Source: Aplysia californica (taxonomy: Eukaryota). Taken from it: 64,000 bases of DNA. Below are positions 13,101 to 25,100 of this stretch, piece by piece (position 1 is the first letter of the stretch; each line of letters opens with the position of its first letter). The position numbers and the translations under genes were made by a program. The stretch spans positions 388,347 through 452,346 of the forward strand of contig NW_004797359.1 of NCBI RefSeq assembly GCF_000002075.1, in the 5' to 3' direction. Under the pieces are notes generated by a model, which saw nothing but the letters and a program-made list of their open reading frames with translations, was not told where the DNA came from and searched no databases.

Positions 13101-16100
13101 TCTATTGCTACTCCTTGGCTCCTTCTTACTGCTGTTTTTCAGCCACCCCCCCTGATCTTCTGGTAGGAAAGATCTACACCTAGCTTTGTCAGACAAGGGC
13201 GAAAAATCTCGGAGGGCCTGTGTGCAAGTTGGGCTTGATAATGATCGTTTGGTGGTGTAAGATTGAAAAGAGTAGGCGTTGGCTGCCACCCGGGCAAAAT
13301 AAAAAATTTCCTACTGGTTGAAAAATGTTTAATGTATCCTGCGCGCTCATATGACCTTATGCAGTAGCGAGCACCGTAAAACACTTACCAACCCTCCCCC
13401 AACCCCTTTATAGACCTTATGAATTGGTAAAAGCCTGTGTACTTTAATCAGGGTTGAGCGATATATATATATGCCATATATTATTATTATAAGAGAGTAG
13501 GACCTAACTATTTGGTTTTTGCAAGAAAATCTGTGTTCGAGGATGAATATCATTGCTGTAAGGGAAATGTGGCCAACAATTCATTTGTGTTAAAATTTGT
13601 TAACACATTACACCCTAAGGGCCTGGACGGGAAGTCCATTGTTAGATCCTAAGCAAGGGGAAAGAACCCACCTCCCGTGAATACTAGCCTTTAAAAAACA
13701 CATTTTAAAAATACTAAACAAATTCCAAAAATCCTGAAAAATATAAAAGTTAAAAAGAAAACTGAATGTAGTTTCAGAAAAATATAACTTTATGTATGCG
13801 CAAACTGTTGGAAATGTTCTAACTTTAGTTCAATCGGGGTGTCCGACCAGTCACTCTCACTCTCAGCCTCGCGGTCGGGCCCTAGGTCTAAATTCTAGAT
13901 TTTCTCCGTCTGATCAATCGGAATCGCCCCAAACTCTTCCTACAACGTTTTCATCAAAATCTGAGCCATCTGATTTGTCACATGCTCATTTTTGCTCAAA
14001 TCCATCGTTATTTCCGTTTTCGAACTCAATTGTGTCGCTTTTCAACAAGTCGAGACACTTTCGAAGTGTCGGTAACGCGATCGCACTTCGATCAGCTCTA
14101 ATACTAAAACTACTGGCCCGAAAAATTTCGTTTCGGTATCAAACGAAAGAAGAAACTTTTTGCTATACTATGCAAATCAAAATCCCGGCCCCAGAGTCTC
14201 GTCAAGGCGAGACTTTCGTTTCTAAAGACGCTGGGTCGGCGCGGGCGGTTCCGGGCGAGTCAGGGTGGAGCGCGTAAGGGAATTCCCGGGCGATCCCGGG
14301 CGAGTTAGGGTGTAATGTGTTAACAAATGTTATGCAGGTTGTTCAAACTACAGAAGTTAAAGGTGTGTGTGTGTTTGTTTACAAGAAAATATCATTTAAT
14401 GAGAGATGTTAAAAAAAATTATTTTTGCACAAGTGTTCTGCTGTTAATACGAATGCAAAACAAAATTAGTTCTTAAAGAAAAGAACATTATTTAGACTGA
14501 AAGGCTTGGATGAAAAGAACCCTTTTAAAAAGTGGAACAATAAGTAATATAAGAGGAATTCTTTTTTTGCTCCCTCTAGGTTTCAGGCAAGCACACCCAT
14601 GTGAGCAATGCGCATAGACTTCGAATTCGTGAATTCAGTTACTTGTTGAAAGCGAGAATGTCCAAGGACCCGACCTTGACCCCCAAGCGAGTGTATGACC
14701 AGGAGATTGCCAAACTGCGAAGCATGGAGAAGGGAGAGCAGCTCGTGAAGTGTCTACCTGCTTTCTCCAGCGTGCGGACGTCTCTCTATAACTACAAGCA
14801 CAAGTGAGTACATTGTGATGGTTCGGTCACCTCTTGCATTTGTCTTGTTGTGATAGGGAAGCTTCTGAACTCTTTCCCCAACAGTAGGTGTTCCCCATTT
14901 TTACGCAGCCTGTTTGTAGATTCTCAAGGTGTGTTTGCAAAATACAGCAATCACTTTGACAAATATTTACCAAAATGGATTGTTGACCCCTCAAACTATA
15001 GTAAATTGAACGGATAAGATAATCATGAAACATGTGTATTGTAGAATGTGCATAGAAATGATTATGAGAAATGAAAATTGGAATAAGTGATTAGTAAGAA
15101 GGCAACATGTAGTGGTAATATGAAAGTAAGGGGCACTTCCGTTTCACCACTTGAAGTGGCAAGCGGGGGGGGGGGGGGGGGGGGGGTTTGGGAGAATGCG
15201 TTGAACGAGACCAAGGAATTTTCTAAATTGGGTTTCACCTCTTTTCCCGGAGCATCACTCCCTTCCCAACATTTCCTAGCTGAAGATAAAGGTAATTTTA
15301 TCGAAGCAGCTATGTAGCCCTATAAGGTTACTACTTTTTCAGAAATTTTAGTTCTAAAAATTCTGTACTCATTGTTTCATAAATGATGGTGTTGTCCTCT
15401 GCTTTGCCAAATTTAGAATGTCATCTTTGTTACTTGCTGGTGGCAGGTGTTAACAATGGTATGGAGAAATATCTGAAACTGGTTTAAAAACTGATTGTGA
15501 CTTTTCATAGATGGAGCCTATGCAACAGCTTGGTCTGATGGAGAAAATGTGCTATTTTCTTAACGTAAAAAAAAAGATGATTATTATATAGGGTTTATCG
15601 TCATGTAGGGCAGACATTTTACAGTTTTTAATGGTCTAGGATTACTGCACTGTGACATTGTACTTGTTTATTCAATAAAAATTCAGACTGGATATGATAA
15701 CTCTTTTTTTTTTTTAAGGTCTTTGTATTTATTACAAGAAGCGATCTATGAGCTGATATAAAATAGTAATTTATGATAACAGAATGTTTTGATAGAGTTC
15801 ATTTTCTTACTCAAATGTAGTTTTTATACACTTTATGATTAATATAACTAAAATGTATGGCAAAGGCAAATTTATTGTTAGGTGAGCTCAAATGAATGCG
15901 AACATTTTGTGTCACAGAAAAACCCAACCCGAAGAGACGGTGAGCAGTAAGAGAGGTGCCACGTACTTCACCAATGACTTCACAGTCGAAGGGCAGGAAA
16001 CTGTTGGCACATCCAGGGGGCTCGGTGATGTGAACATTGATGGCACACAGGACATCTCACCTAAAGATTTAACAGTAATATTTTACAAACACTCTTAGTG

Positions 16101-19100
16101 ATAAGAGACCTTAATTGAGTAAAAATTATTTTTCATTTATTAAATTGAACTTTTTAAGTCTCTGAAAAATTTTTTTTTTAAATTTTGATATCGTATGCTA
16201 TGAACATTTTCTTGTACAATATTAATGAGCTGAAAAAGAAAGAATATGAGGATTGCAAATCTTAACTTTTTAATGGTTATTGTACTACCTTTCTGATAAC
16301 CACACTCTTAAACTTTTTGTGGCCAAAATTCTTCGAGAGAATTTACTATGAGTTTCTTGAACAGTAAACATTTATAGGTTCTACAGTTCAATTATTATAC
16401 TGAATGATGTTATCAGCTGTGCAAGATTTGTGCATGGCATACTGAACCCCCCCCCAAAAAAACAAAACCAAAAAAAAAAAAAGAAACAAAAAATGTTTTA
16501 GTATACTAATGTTTAAGATTAGAGAGAGTAAAAGATCTTGCAGTTAAAATTTGAAACTATTAATATTCATTACATGTATTTGTACAAGTTTAGTCATAGC
16601 TCTCCATAGATCAAAATATTTTCATTTCGATGTACTTTTTTTGTTGAAAATGTGGATTGAATGAATTGAACAAGATAAGCTATTACTGAGATTATATCAA
16701 CCAAATTCTCTTATAATTGTTGTCACTGTACGTCTGCAGCACCTGAGCCTCGAGGACAACGACCCCATGGACCAGGATGCTGAGGAGAACGATGAGGCCT
16801 CCCCGGACCGCAGCAGCAGCAGCAGCAGCGGCAGCAACGCTTTGATGGACATCGCCGCTCCAAGCCTCTATGATAGCCATGACATCATCGACCAGTATTG
16901 TAATGCTACAGTGAAGGTCAAGGTCAGTAGTTCAGGGGGCTGCTATCATTTGCTTAAAAAAAAATCAAAATAAATCATTTCAGCTGTTTGGAAAGTTTGC
17001 CTTTCTCAGCCAGGAAAATGGCTTTGCTGTACTGTCCTTGTATGTAAAGCCCATGGAAACAATGCTTTAACGTAATTGTCAGGCTGAAAAAAATTAATTT
17101 CTGACTGGTGTCAGAGTCAGAGATAGTAAATTTTTAACCAGCATTAATGCATTCATAGTTCTCATATTTTAGCTGTGTTGGAGCTATTTTTGCTGGTTTG
17201 TCTTCTTGCGAGTGAACTTCTTACAGAAGCTATAAAAATTTCATTTTAGCTGATATCAGTTATGTTCACTTTCTATTTAAATAGTTCAAGCTGTATTTAA
17301 TTGATCTTTTTAAGTGAAAGTTTCCTTTTAACTTGTTGCCAAATGCACATTTCATCTATTTTACTTGCGGAAACCAGGTGAATGTTTGAATTCAGTTGTG
17401 TGCTTCAAGTGTAGGGTCCCCCACCCCCAACTCTCTCACTGATGGTATTTTCAATGTTTCAAATTGACACAATCACAAAGTTTCCTGTACACGCTCCGTC
17501 CTTTGCAGGGTCACTTTTTATCTGTATTTGTTATTAAGTGGAGCACTCTACACAACTTGTGTCCTCAGACGTCAACTGCCAAGATAACTCCACTGGAGGA
17601 ACCAGAACATTTGGTGATTTCCCTGCCAGACCCGGCCAGCTACAGCATCTCGTTTGTGCCCACAAATCGTGGCAGTCGTGCACTGGTGGTCAACGGCTGT
17701 GTCCTGCGGATCAGCTACACGCGCGAGTACACCACCTACTGGCGCTGCAAGAACAGCAACTGCAGCTTCCGCTGTAGCTACGACAGCAAGTCCAAGAGGT
17801 TGATGAGGATCAGCGGGGAGCACAACCACCCCGTCAACGCCTTCAGTCTGGCTGTGAAGAACTTTGTGCGCAAAATGAAGAAGAGGTGATTTCGTATTTC
17901 AGGATTTACTGTCGTGCCACTGGTATGAGCAAATCTCTAAATTTTGGCTGATTGACGTAACAGCTGCCTGCGTTTTCAGTCAATAAATCTTTTATGCTTT
18001 TCTGAGGGGTTGACATGCGGGTTATGCGTTTGCCTGATTTTTCCCTGAAAAAATGCAGTGCCGTCCATTGTTGCGGAGAGTGGTTGTCTTAGACAGGTAT
18101 ATTTCTTGGACAGTGTCATTATAATATATCGAAAAAGATGTGAGGTGAGAAGCGGTCATTTGTACAAGTGATTGTCTTGGACTGGTGGTCATTAAAGTAA
18201 GTTCAACTGTACATGGTCAGATGCCTTCTGCAAAATGAGTCATGTCTTCGGCAGGCGACCAACCAATATGTTTTCGAATATCCCCATTTCCCCACCGTAG
18301 ATGAATCCCATGTAGTCCAGACTTGTGGTAAGAAGTTTGTAGAAGCGACTGTTTTCTTATTTATAATTATATCCCTGTGTCAATGAGGATGTAAAACCTT
18401 TCTTTACTCTGTTCTTCCTGGTGTATCGTTAGATGTGAAAGGGAGGTGCATTTTTCAGTCAAGGGCGAGGTGGGTGGCTTCTGTTGTTTGTATGCTATTT
18501 TTTGTGGGGATTTCTTTAACAGATGAGGATGTAAAATATTCACCACGAAAATCGCATTTACTCTTATTTTTTGTCTGTGTCCAGGGTGAGCATTGAGAGT
18601 GACCTGTCGCCCAAGATCATCTATGACGAGGAGATTGCACGTCTCAAGTCAGAAGGAAAAGACAGCGAGTTCCTTTCCAAGCTTCCCAACTACGAGAGCC
18701 TCAAGTCCACACTCTATAAGGTCAAGAGCTTGTCCAGCCGCTCGGCCAACCTCATTGAGGACCAGCTGGACGCAGCCGCTTTAGATGACTCGGAGGTTTG
18801 TTCGGCATGGACATATGCATGCACACACACTCACACACACACACACACACACATACACACACACACACACACACACAAGTGTTGACGGGAGCATAAAAAC
18901 ACTGACTTTAAACATTGATGTTTAGCCAAAAAACAAAAATTCAATAAAAGTTGCCAAACAAGCAAAAAAATATAGGTTTACTTGATTTCATTATTTTGAC
19001 GAGCGTCTTAATTTCACCATGCTGCCTCACAAATATAGACTACTGCTAAACCAGTTGGAGCTGCATTCTATCTAATGGTTGTAATACTTGCAGTGGCATT

Positions 19101-22100
19101 TAAACACAGATGAATCGGATGAAATAAAAATTCACTTTGATGATTTATCCTTCCTTTTTTTCTTTCTTTTTTGGGGGGGGGGGGGGGGGGGGGTGTTGGT
19201 CCTTTTCTTTAACCTCAAGGCTGAGTACTGTGCCTTCTAAATTACCTGTTAGTGTTGAGTAGCGTGTTATGCTCATACTATAACATACAATTTACAGATT
19301 AGGGGTTTCAAAATTATCTTATAAAGGGGGGGAACTGATTTTTTATAGAAACCAAAGGAAAAAAGGCTGGGGGGGGGGGGGGGGGGTGTGGAGTCTGGAA
19401 TAATATATACTTAATGACTTGGTTAAGCGAACAAAGCTGGAAATAATCAGAATATTTGCCTTTTTATGTTAATTGTCAGATAAAACATATAAAGCATTTT
19501 CTCTATTTTTCTTTTCAGGTTGATAATGTTGGGAATAATGACAATGGTATCACTGTTTTTTTCCTTTTTCTGCCCCTTTACTTCTCGTAGGGTGATGAAA
19601 GCAGTGAGCTGGCTTTGGATGCAAAGGGGAGCAACTTTGACTTTGACCTCGACGACCCTCCTTACGATATCGAGATTGAGTCAGCTTACACTCAACTCAC
19701 CGCGCTGTTGCCATCGTGGTTGGACCCTGACCCAGACAAAAGGATTCTGGATGGTCATCCACTGGTGAAGAAGAGCGAGAGTGAGACGAGTACTGGGTGG
19801 GCGTGTGTCCGGGAGGGCTGTCCCTTCCGCTGTGTGGTGGACCGAGAGACAGAGCATGTGACGCGCAGCCAGCTTGACCACACACACCGGCCCGACGTCA
19901 AGTACCACGTGTCACAGGCTCTGATTGCTGCGGTCAGGAGACGGGCGGTCATGGACGTGACATTGTCGCCGAAACTCATCTACGAACAAGAGAAGAGGAG
20001 AATGGAGAAAATTGTCTCCGGTAACAAAATGTTGCTAAAGTTCTTGCCCAATCTGACCAAAATCTACCAGCTTGTGATGAGGACGCGAGCGAACCCACCA
20101 CAGCCAGCTAAACAAAAGTTGCTGCTTAAGTCAAAGTCACACAAAGATATAGGAGGTAAGAAGAGCTTAGGGTCGCTGAACGAGCCCGACAGCACCATCC
20201 CCAGCTGCAGCAGCAGCAGTAACAACAGTACCAGCAGCACAATAAGCAGCACCAGCAGCAGTGGTGTGACAGCCGCAGACTATCTCATCGAGCAGTGCCA
20301 TGAGGAGACGGAGAGAATCAGCTCTTACCTTGACTCCCGGGAACAACACATGAAGTCGCAGCGGAGTGCCGAGCCGCACCACATCTTGTTTGAGCCGGAC
20401 ACTGTGACCAACCTACCTCAGCTCCTGCAGACCCCAGAGAGCAGTTATACTACGCAATATCCTCAGCAGACATCCTTCCAGCAAATCGGGACCACAAATT
20501 ACACAAATATAGTACCTAGTCAGTGTACCTCTCTACAACAAAATTCTTTCACTTCTATGGACCGGCAAATCGGTTTCAACACCTTCAGTGGTCACCAGGA
20601 GAAAAATTCTCAATTTCCATCTGTTTCTGTGTATACTCAGTTGCCATCACAACAACATTCTCAACAGCTGCTGACCGTAAGTGACCCACAGTCTGAACAG
20701 CCACAGCCGCAGCAGCTCCCATTGACAGTGTCCACAAATCTACAGCAAATCTCGGTCCCCTCCATGGTCTCTGGCTCGACGTCCTCAATTCTCCAGCAGG
20801 CCATGCTTCCCTCTCCAACACCCACATCCCACAGCAGCGAGAATGTGTTCACCCTACATGGCTACCCTCTCATGCCAGCCACCGCACAGATCGGCAATGT
20901 GTACTGGCAGTGCCGTATCCCCAGCTGCCCGTTCCAGTGTGTGCTCAACGCCTCCACCTCCCAGGTGGTACAAATCTCCAGCAATCACAACCACGACCCG
21001 CCAGGCTCACAGTCTGCCTTTGCTTCACAGGTTAGCAACTGTGCACTACCTCAGAATTTCGAAGCTCTATCTGCTCAGTACCTAGTTTTCAGAAATTTGA
21101 CATAAAACAATTTTGAGTTTCACATATTACAAGCTTTTTCAAATGTAATTTGAATATCTTGATAACGACTCAAAATAATCTTATGGTTTTGATAGAGCAG
21201 ATAGAGCTTATAATTTCTGACCTCATGGTGCTAGAGTAAAGGCACTATTTGCGGCCGGCCGAAGTATGCGGCCACTTTCCTTATAAAGTCAATAACTCAA
21301 GTCTTGTTTCATTTTCCATACGGAAACCAAGCTCCCGTGATGCACTGGCATGAATCACATGCTCACAACAGAGATGGTCTCGATAGGCAGCAAAGTTTGA
21401 AAGCGGCAGTGGTTTGAAGAATTTGGTCGATCAAAATATCAATGTGTGAAAATTTGACTGGTCACTTGTCCATGGTCATTACAAAGCTTTCTTATCACAT
21501 TTTTATTTGATTATAGGTTCATGTGTTTCTGTAATGAATGAATATCATGTGTAAATGTCTTAATATAAAGAAAACAACAAAGGGGACTCAGGGAGGGGGT
21601 GGCCGCATAGTCATTCTCTTATTTTTGAAAAGGACTTCTTGCAATCAGGGACGTCCACAAAAGGTCCACTCCATTGGAGAAGGGGCATTGTTGGGGTCAA
21701 TTACTAACAGTGCCCATTTAACAGCATTTTAGGTTACATGCACCAGAAAGCCTGATTTGTAGTTCTTGACTTCAATGCGATAGTAGATCAATCAAGACTG
21801 ACTCCATCAGATTGGGCGCAGTCTGAAGAAACTGCCCTGTCACTTCCTCTTGAAAAAAATCTGCGAGTCCCGGGAATTTGGGGAAATCTGTAAATTGCCT
21901 CAGGAAGTTCATTTCTGCTGGTCGCGATTGAGTTATTCGCTCAGTTTTTCCCGATCTGATAATGAAACGTTTGTGGCATGCAAGTTATGAATTCTATACG
22001 CTGTGTCACCGTTAAAATAAATCAATATTTGTGACTAGTCACTTAAGAAAAAAGAAAAGAAAAGAAAACGTCTTATTTTCAGCTTATTGGGCTCGCCGAC

Positions 22101-25100
22101 ATGACCGGTCAGTGAACCTGCGCGTGCTCGCATCACATGTCATCATGTGAGTAGAATCTACGTTTGCAGGGGTCACCAAAGTTCATTCAAAGCCTGAGCG
22201 TTGCTGAGTATTGGACACCGAAGTGGGGGCAGAATTATTGATTTTTTAAAAAGATACACTCGGGTCGTTTGTGAAGGTGTCTGTCAAAGTTCCTGGCAGT
22301 ATTTACGTATTCATTGATTTTTTAATCTGTCAAAGTTGTTTTTTGTCGTCAATGTAACAAGAGCCGATCATCGTTAAGCTTCTTATTTCGTTCTCACTAA
22401 CCTCACCTGTTTCTCCCATGACTTCTTTCTTTGTTGCTTGCTTTACCGAGACTGAGTTGGTAGTTTAATCGTCTCTTTCGACACAGGAAGGTCATATAAC
22501 TTATAGGAGACGGCCGCTCTGGCCATATCACTCAGGAAAAATGCGGGCCCAGCAAGACTCGAACCCGGGATCTTCAACATATGAAGCGTGTGTCTTACCA
22601 CTACGCCACAGTGACTCCTGTTGTTTATTTTATAGCACCCTACTGTACATAGATGGTCATTTTGAAGGCGGATCACTTGATCTCACCAGAGGACGCCGAG
22701 GGGGGGAGGGGGGGGGGCAATAAAAAGCCAAAGCTCAAGAGTATCATACTGTCGGGATTCCAACCTTTTGGCCAAAGTCCGTCAACGACGAGGCCACCCT
22801 GTCGGCTCGTCTTCTTAAAAAACACCCCCGCCCCACGGTACACTACAAGATCATGTTGGGAGGTCCTGGTCGTGTACATATCCCCATGTGATCGCATCAC
22901 AATTCCCTAGCCGCATAATGTGTCCTCGATGACCGCATAAAGGTGCCCTGATCGCAAACTGGTCCCTTCACATGGTGTTTTAGAATGAATATTCTTCTTG
23001 GCAATCTAGCTGAGTATGCTCTAGACCATAACACATCTATTGGCCAGAGGATGTGCAAGTTTGAAGGCCAAAAATATTTTAGTTATCTCTATTCGTTTGG
23101 TTTCTAGAGCAAATTAAGTGAGAAATGGCCACAAATAGTGCCTTTACTCTAGTAACTCAAAACAGTAAAAAATGTCAGAACTTTGTAATTTTTAGGTAGC
23201 GAGTTAGTGCTTAGTTCTTTTCCTACCAGGCCAAAATCCACCACTGGCCCAGGGCTTTTCCCTGACCTATTTTTACACCTCTACCCCGCCAAAGGAAAAT
23301 GTCAAAACATCCAACTAAACACGCACAAACCATATCATATGGCCCATCAAACTGAAGGTTAAAAAATAATCTATCAGATGGCGATACAATATTGAAGATT
23401 TATTCCAATTATATTACTTTGTGGTTTCTAAAAGTGATTATGCAATATCGAAGGTTTCATATGAAATCAACAATTTTCCAGCTTTGAAAGGTCATAACTA
23501 AAAAAGTACAACAACATCATCATTGAAACTTCCCAGGTAGGTTGCCACAAGTAATGCAAAGAAATACTGAAAGTTATGTATTTGTATCTATTATAGAAGT
23601 GAAAGTCTGAGACGTATACTAAAGTCAGGGGAGCGCTTTTTCCCCTCATATTTGCGTTTCGAATGGGACAAAAAAAGCGCTGAAATGACTAAAAATCGTC
23701 TGTCAGTGCAATATTTTCTTTTGTATTTGCTAACAGGAAGTCTATTCCATTATTTTGAAAATGTGGATCGGCCGAGAATTTTGTATCTTTTCATTACTGG
23801 ATTGGAGTAGATAACGAGCCACTCGAGCCGTATTTTGCGGCTCTCGGTCCTGCGAGGCCAGTTCTGTGAGCTGCAAAAGCTTGTGGTAGGGAAAGAGTTA
23901 AGAGGCAACAGAAAGTAGTGTTTTCATCGTGCTGGGGTACAGTCATGATTGATTATAGTCGAGTGGTAAGGCTTATGTTTGATATGACTTGCAATTTTGA
24001 AAAGTAATTTAGTTGAGTGTTAGGCCTATGATTGATATGATTTGCAATTTGTAAAAGTTGTGAGTTAATCTCTCAACTCCTTACTATAGGATATTGTATC
24101 CCTAGTGGGAAAGTTACTTTGTGTAATTCCTTCAGTTTCCTCAGCTGTGAATAGATACTTGGCAGTCAGTGGGACAATATGAATAGTAACAACAAGCACT
24201 CAACAGGTACAACATTGTATATCTCTTGGGGGATAGAAATGGTAGATTGGAATGAAGAAATAACCAGAAATGTCAAGGGAGATATTGCGAAGTTGGGTGA
24301 GCTGCTTTCTTTTAGGATATGTGACTAAAAATAAATATTTTAATATAATACTTTAAAGTAGCTTTTCATTCCTCTGGAACCTGGTATGGTTATGTGATAC
24401 CTCTTTAATTCAAAACTCAACTTTATGCTCTACCACACTGCGTTGACTAGCTTATGTGCTTTGACAGAAAGCACAGAAATAAAGTGGCATGATAATGTGA
24501 GATGTATCTATCATAAAGTGACAGGGAGCAGCTTTTTATTCCATGTGTGCTTTTTTCCAGGTAGTGAAAATGTTACAGCGTAGATCTGCAGAGACCTTGG
24601 ACCAGTCACTAGTCTCTGTCTACTCTGACTATGTCCGATGCCTGAGGAATGTCCTCGACTCTGATGAAATTCTCAGCTGTGTGCCCAGATTTCAGGACGT
24701 GGCTCAGTCCATGCAGAATGCCAGGACTGCGATGGTCACAGACAGTGCTTCTCAGAACCTTATTCTAGAGGTAAAATACAACATACCTTTCTTTTCCTGG
24801 GTATAATTATAATACTAATAATGATAATAATAATAGTAATAATAATTATAATAATAATACAGTGGAATCCTGTTTTAACGAGATGGAGGGGACCGGTGCG
24901 AAATGTCCGTTATAGCAGGATTCTCGTTATAAGGGATCCAGTAATAAATTCAACGGAAATAGTAAAGTAGGCCTAATCTATGAGCTTGGTGTTCTGTTTA
25001 TTCCTTTTTGTATTTCCCCTGATGATGATTTTGTTCAACATGATCTCTACATCTTACATGATCAAAAATCAAATCAGGTTTCTTTCTCTAGCACTAGCAA

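Noticed and set aside
13792-14277. 161-aa ORF
   Set aside because: Lies inside a TTAA-flanked MITE with no transposase motifs.
19519-19546. Micro-exon before the large FLYWCH exon
   Set aside because: Phase-incompatible with the next acceptor, would need a 44-nt intron, and read-through hits a stop.
21031-21105. C-terminus of the 496-aa ORF as the true gene end
   Set aside because: A donor at 21030 leads in frame to three more exons that complete module 5, and no canonical AATAAA follows the read-through stop.
22542-22617. Functional tRNA-Met
   Set aside because: Acceptor and anticodon stems do not pair properly and it lies inside a transposon.
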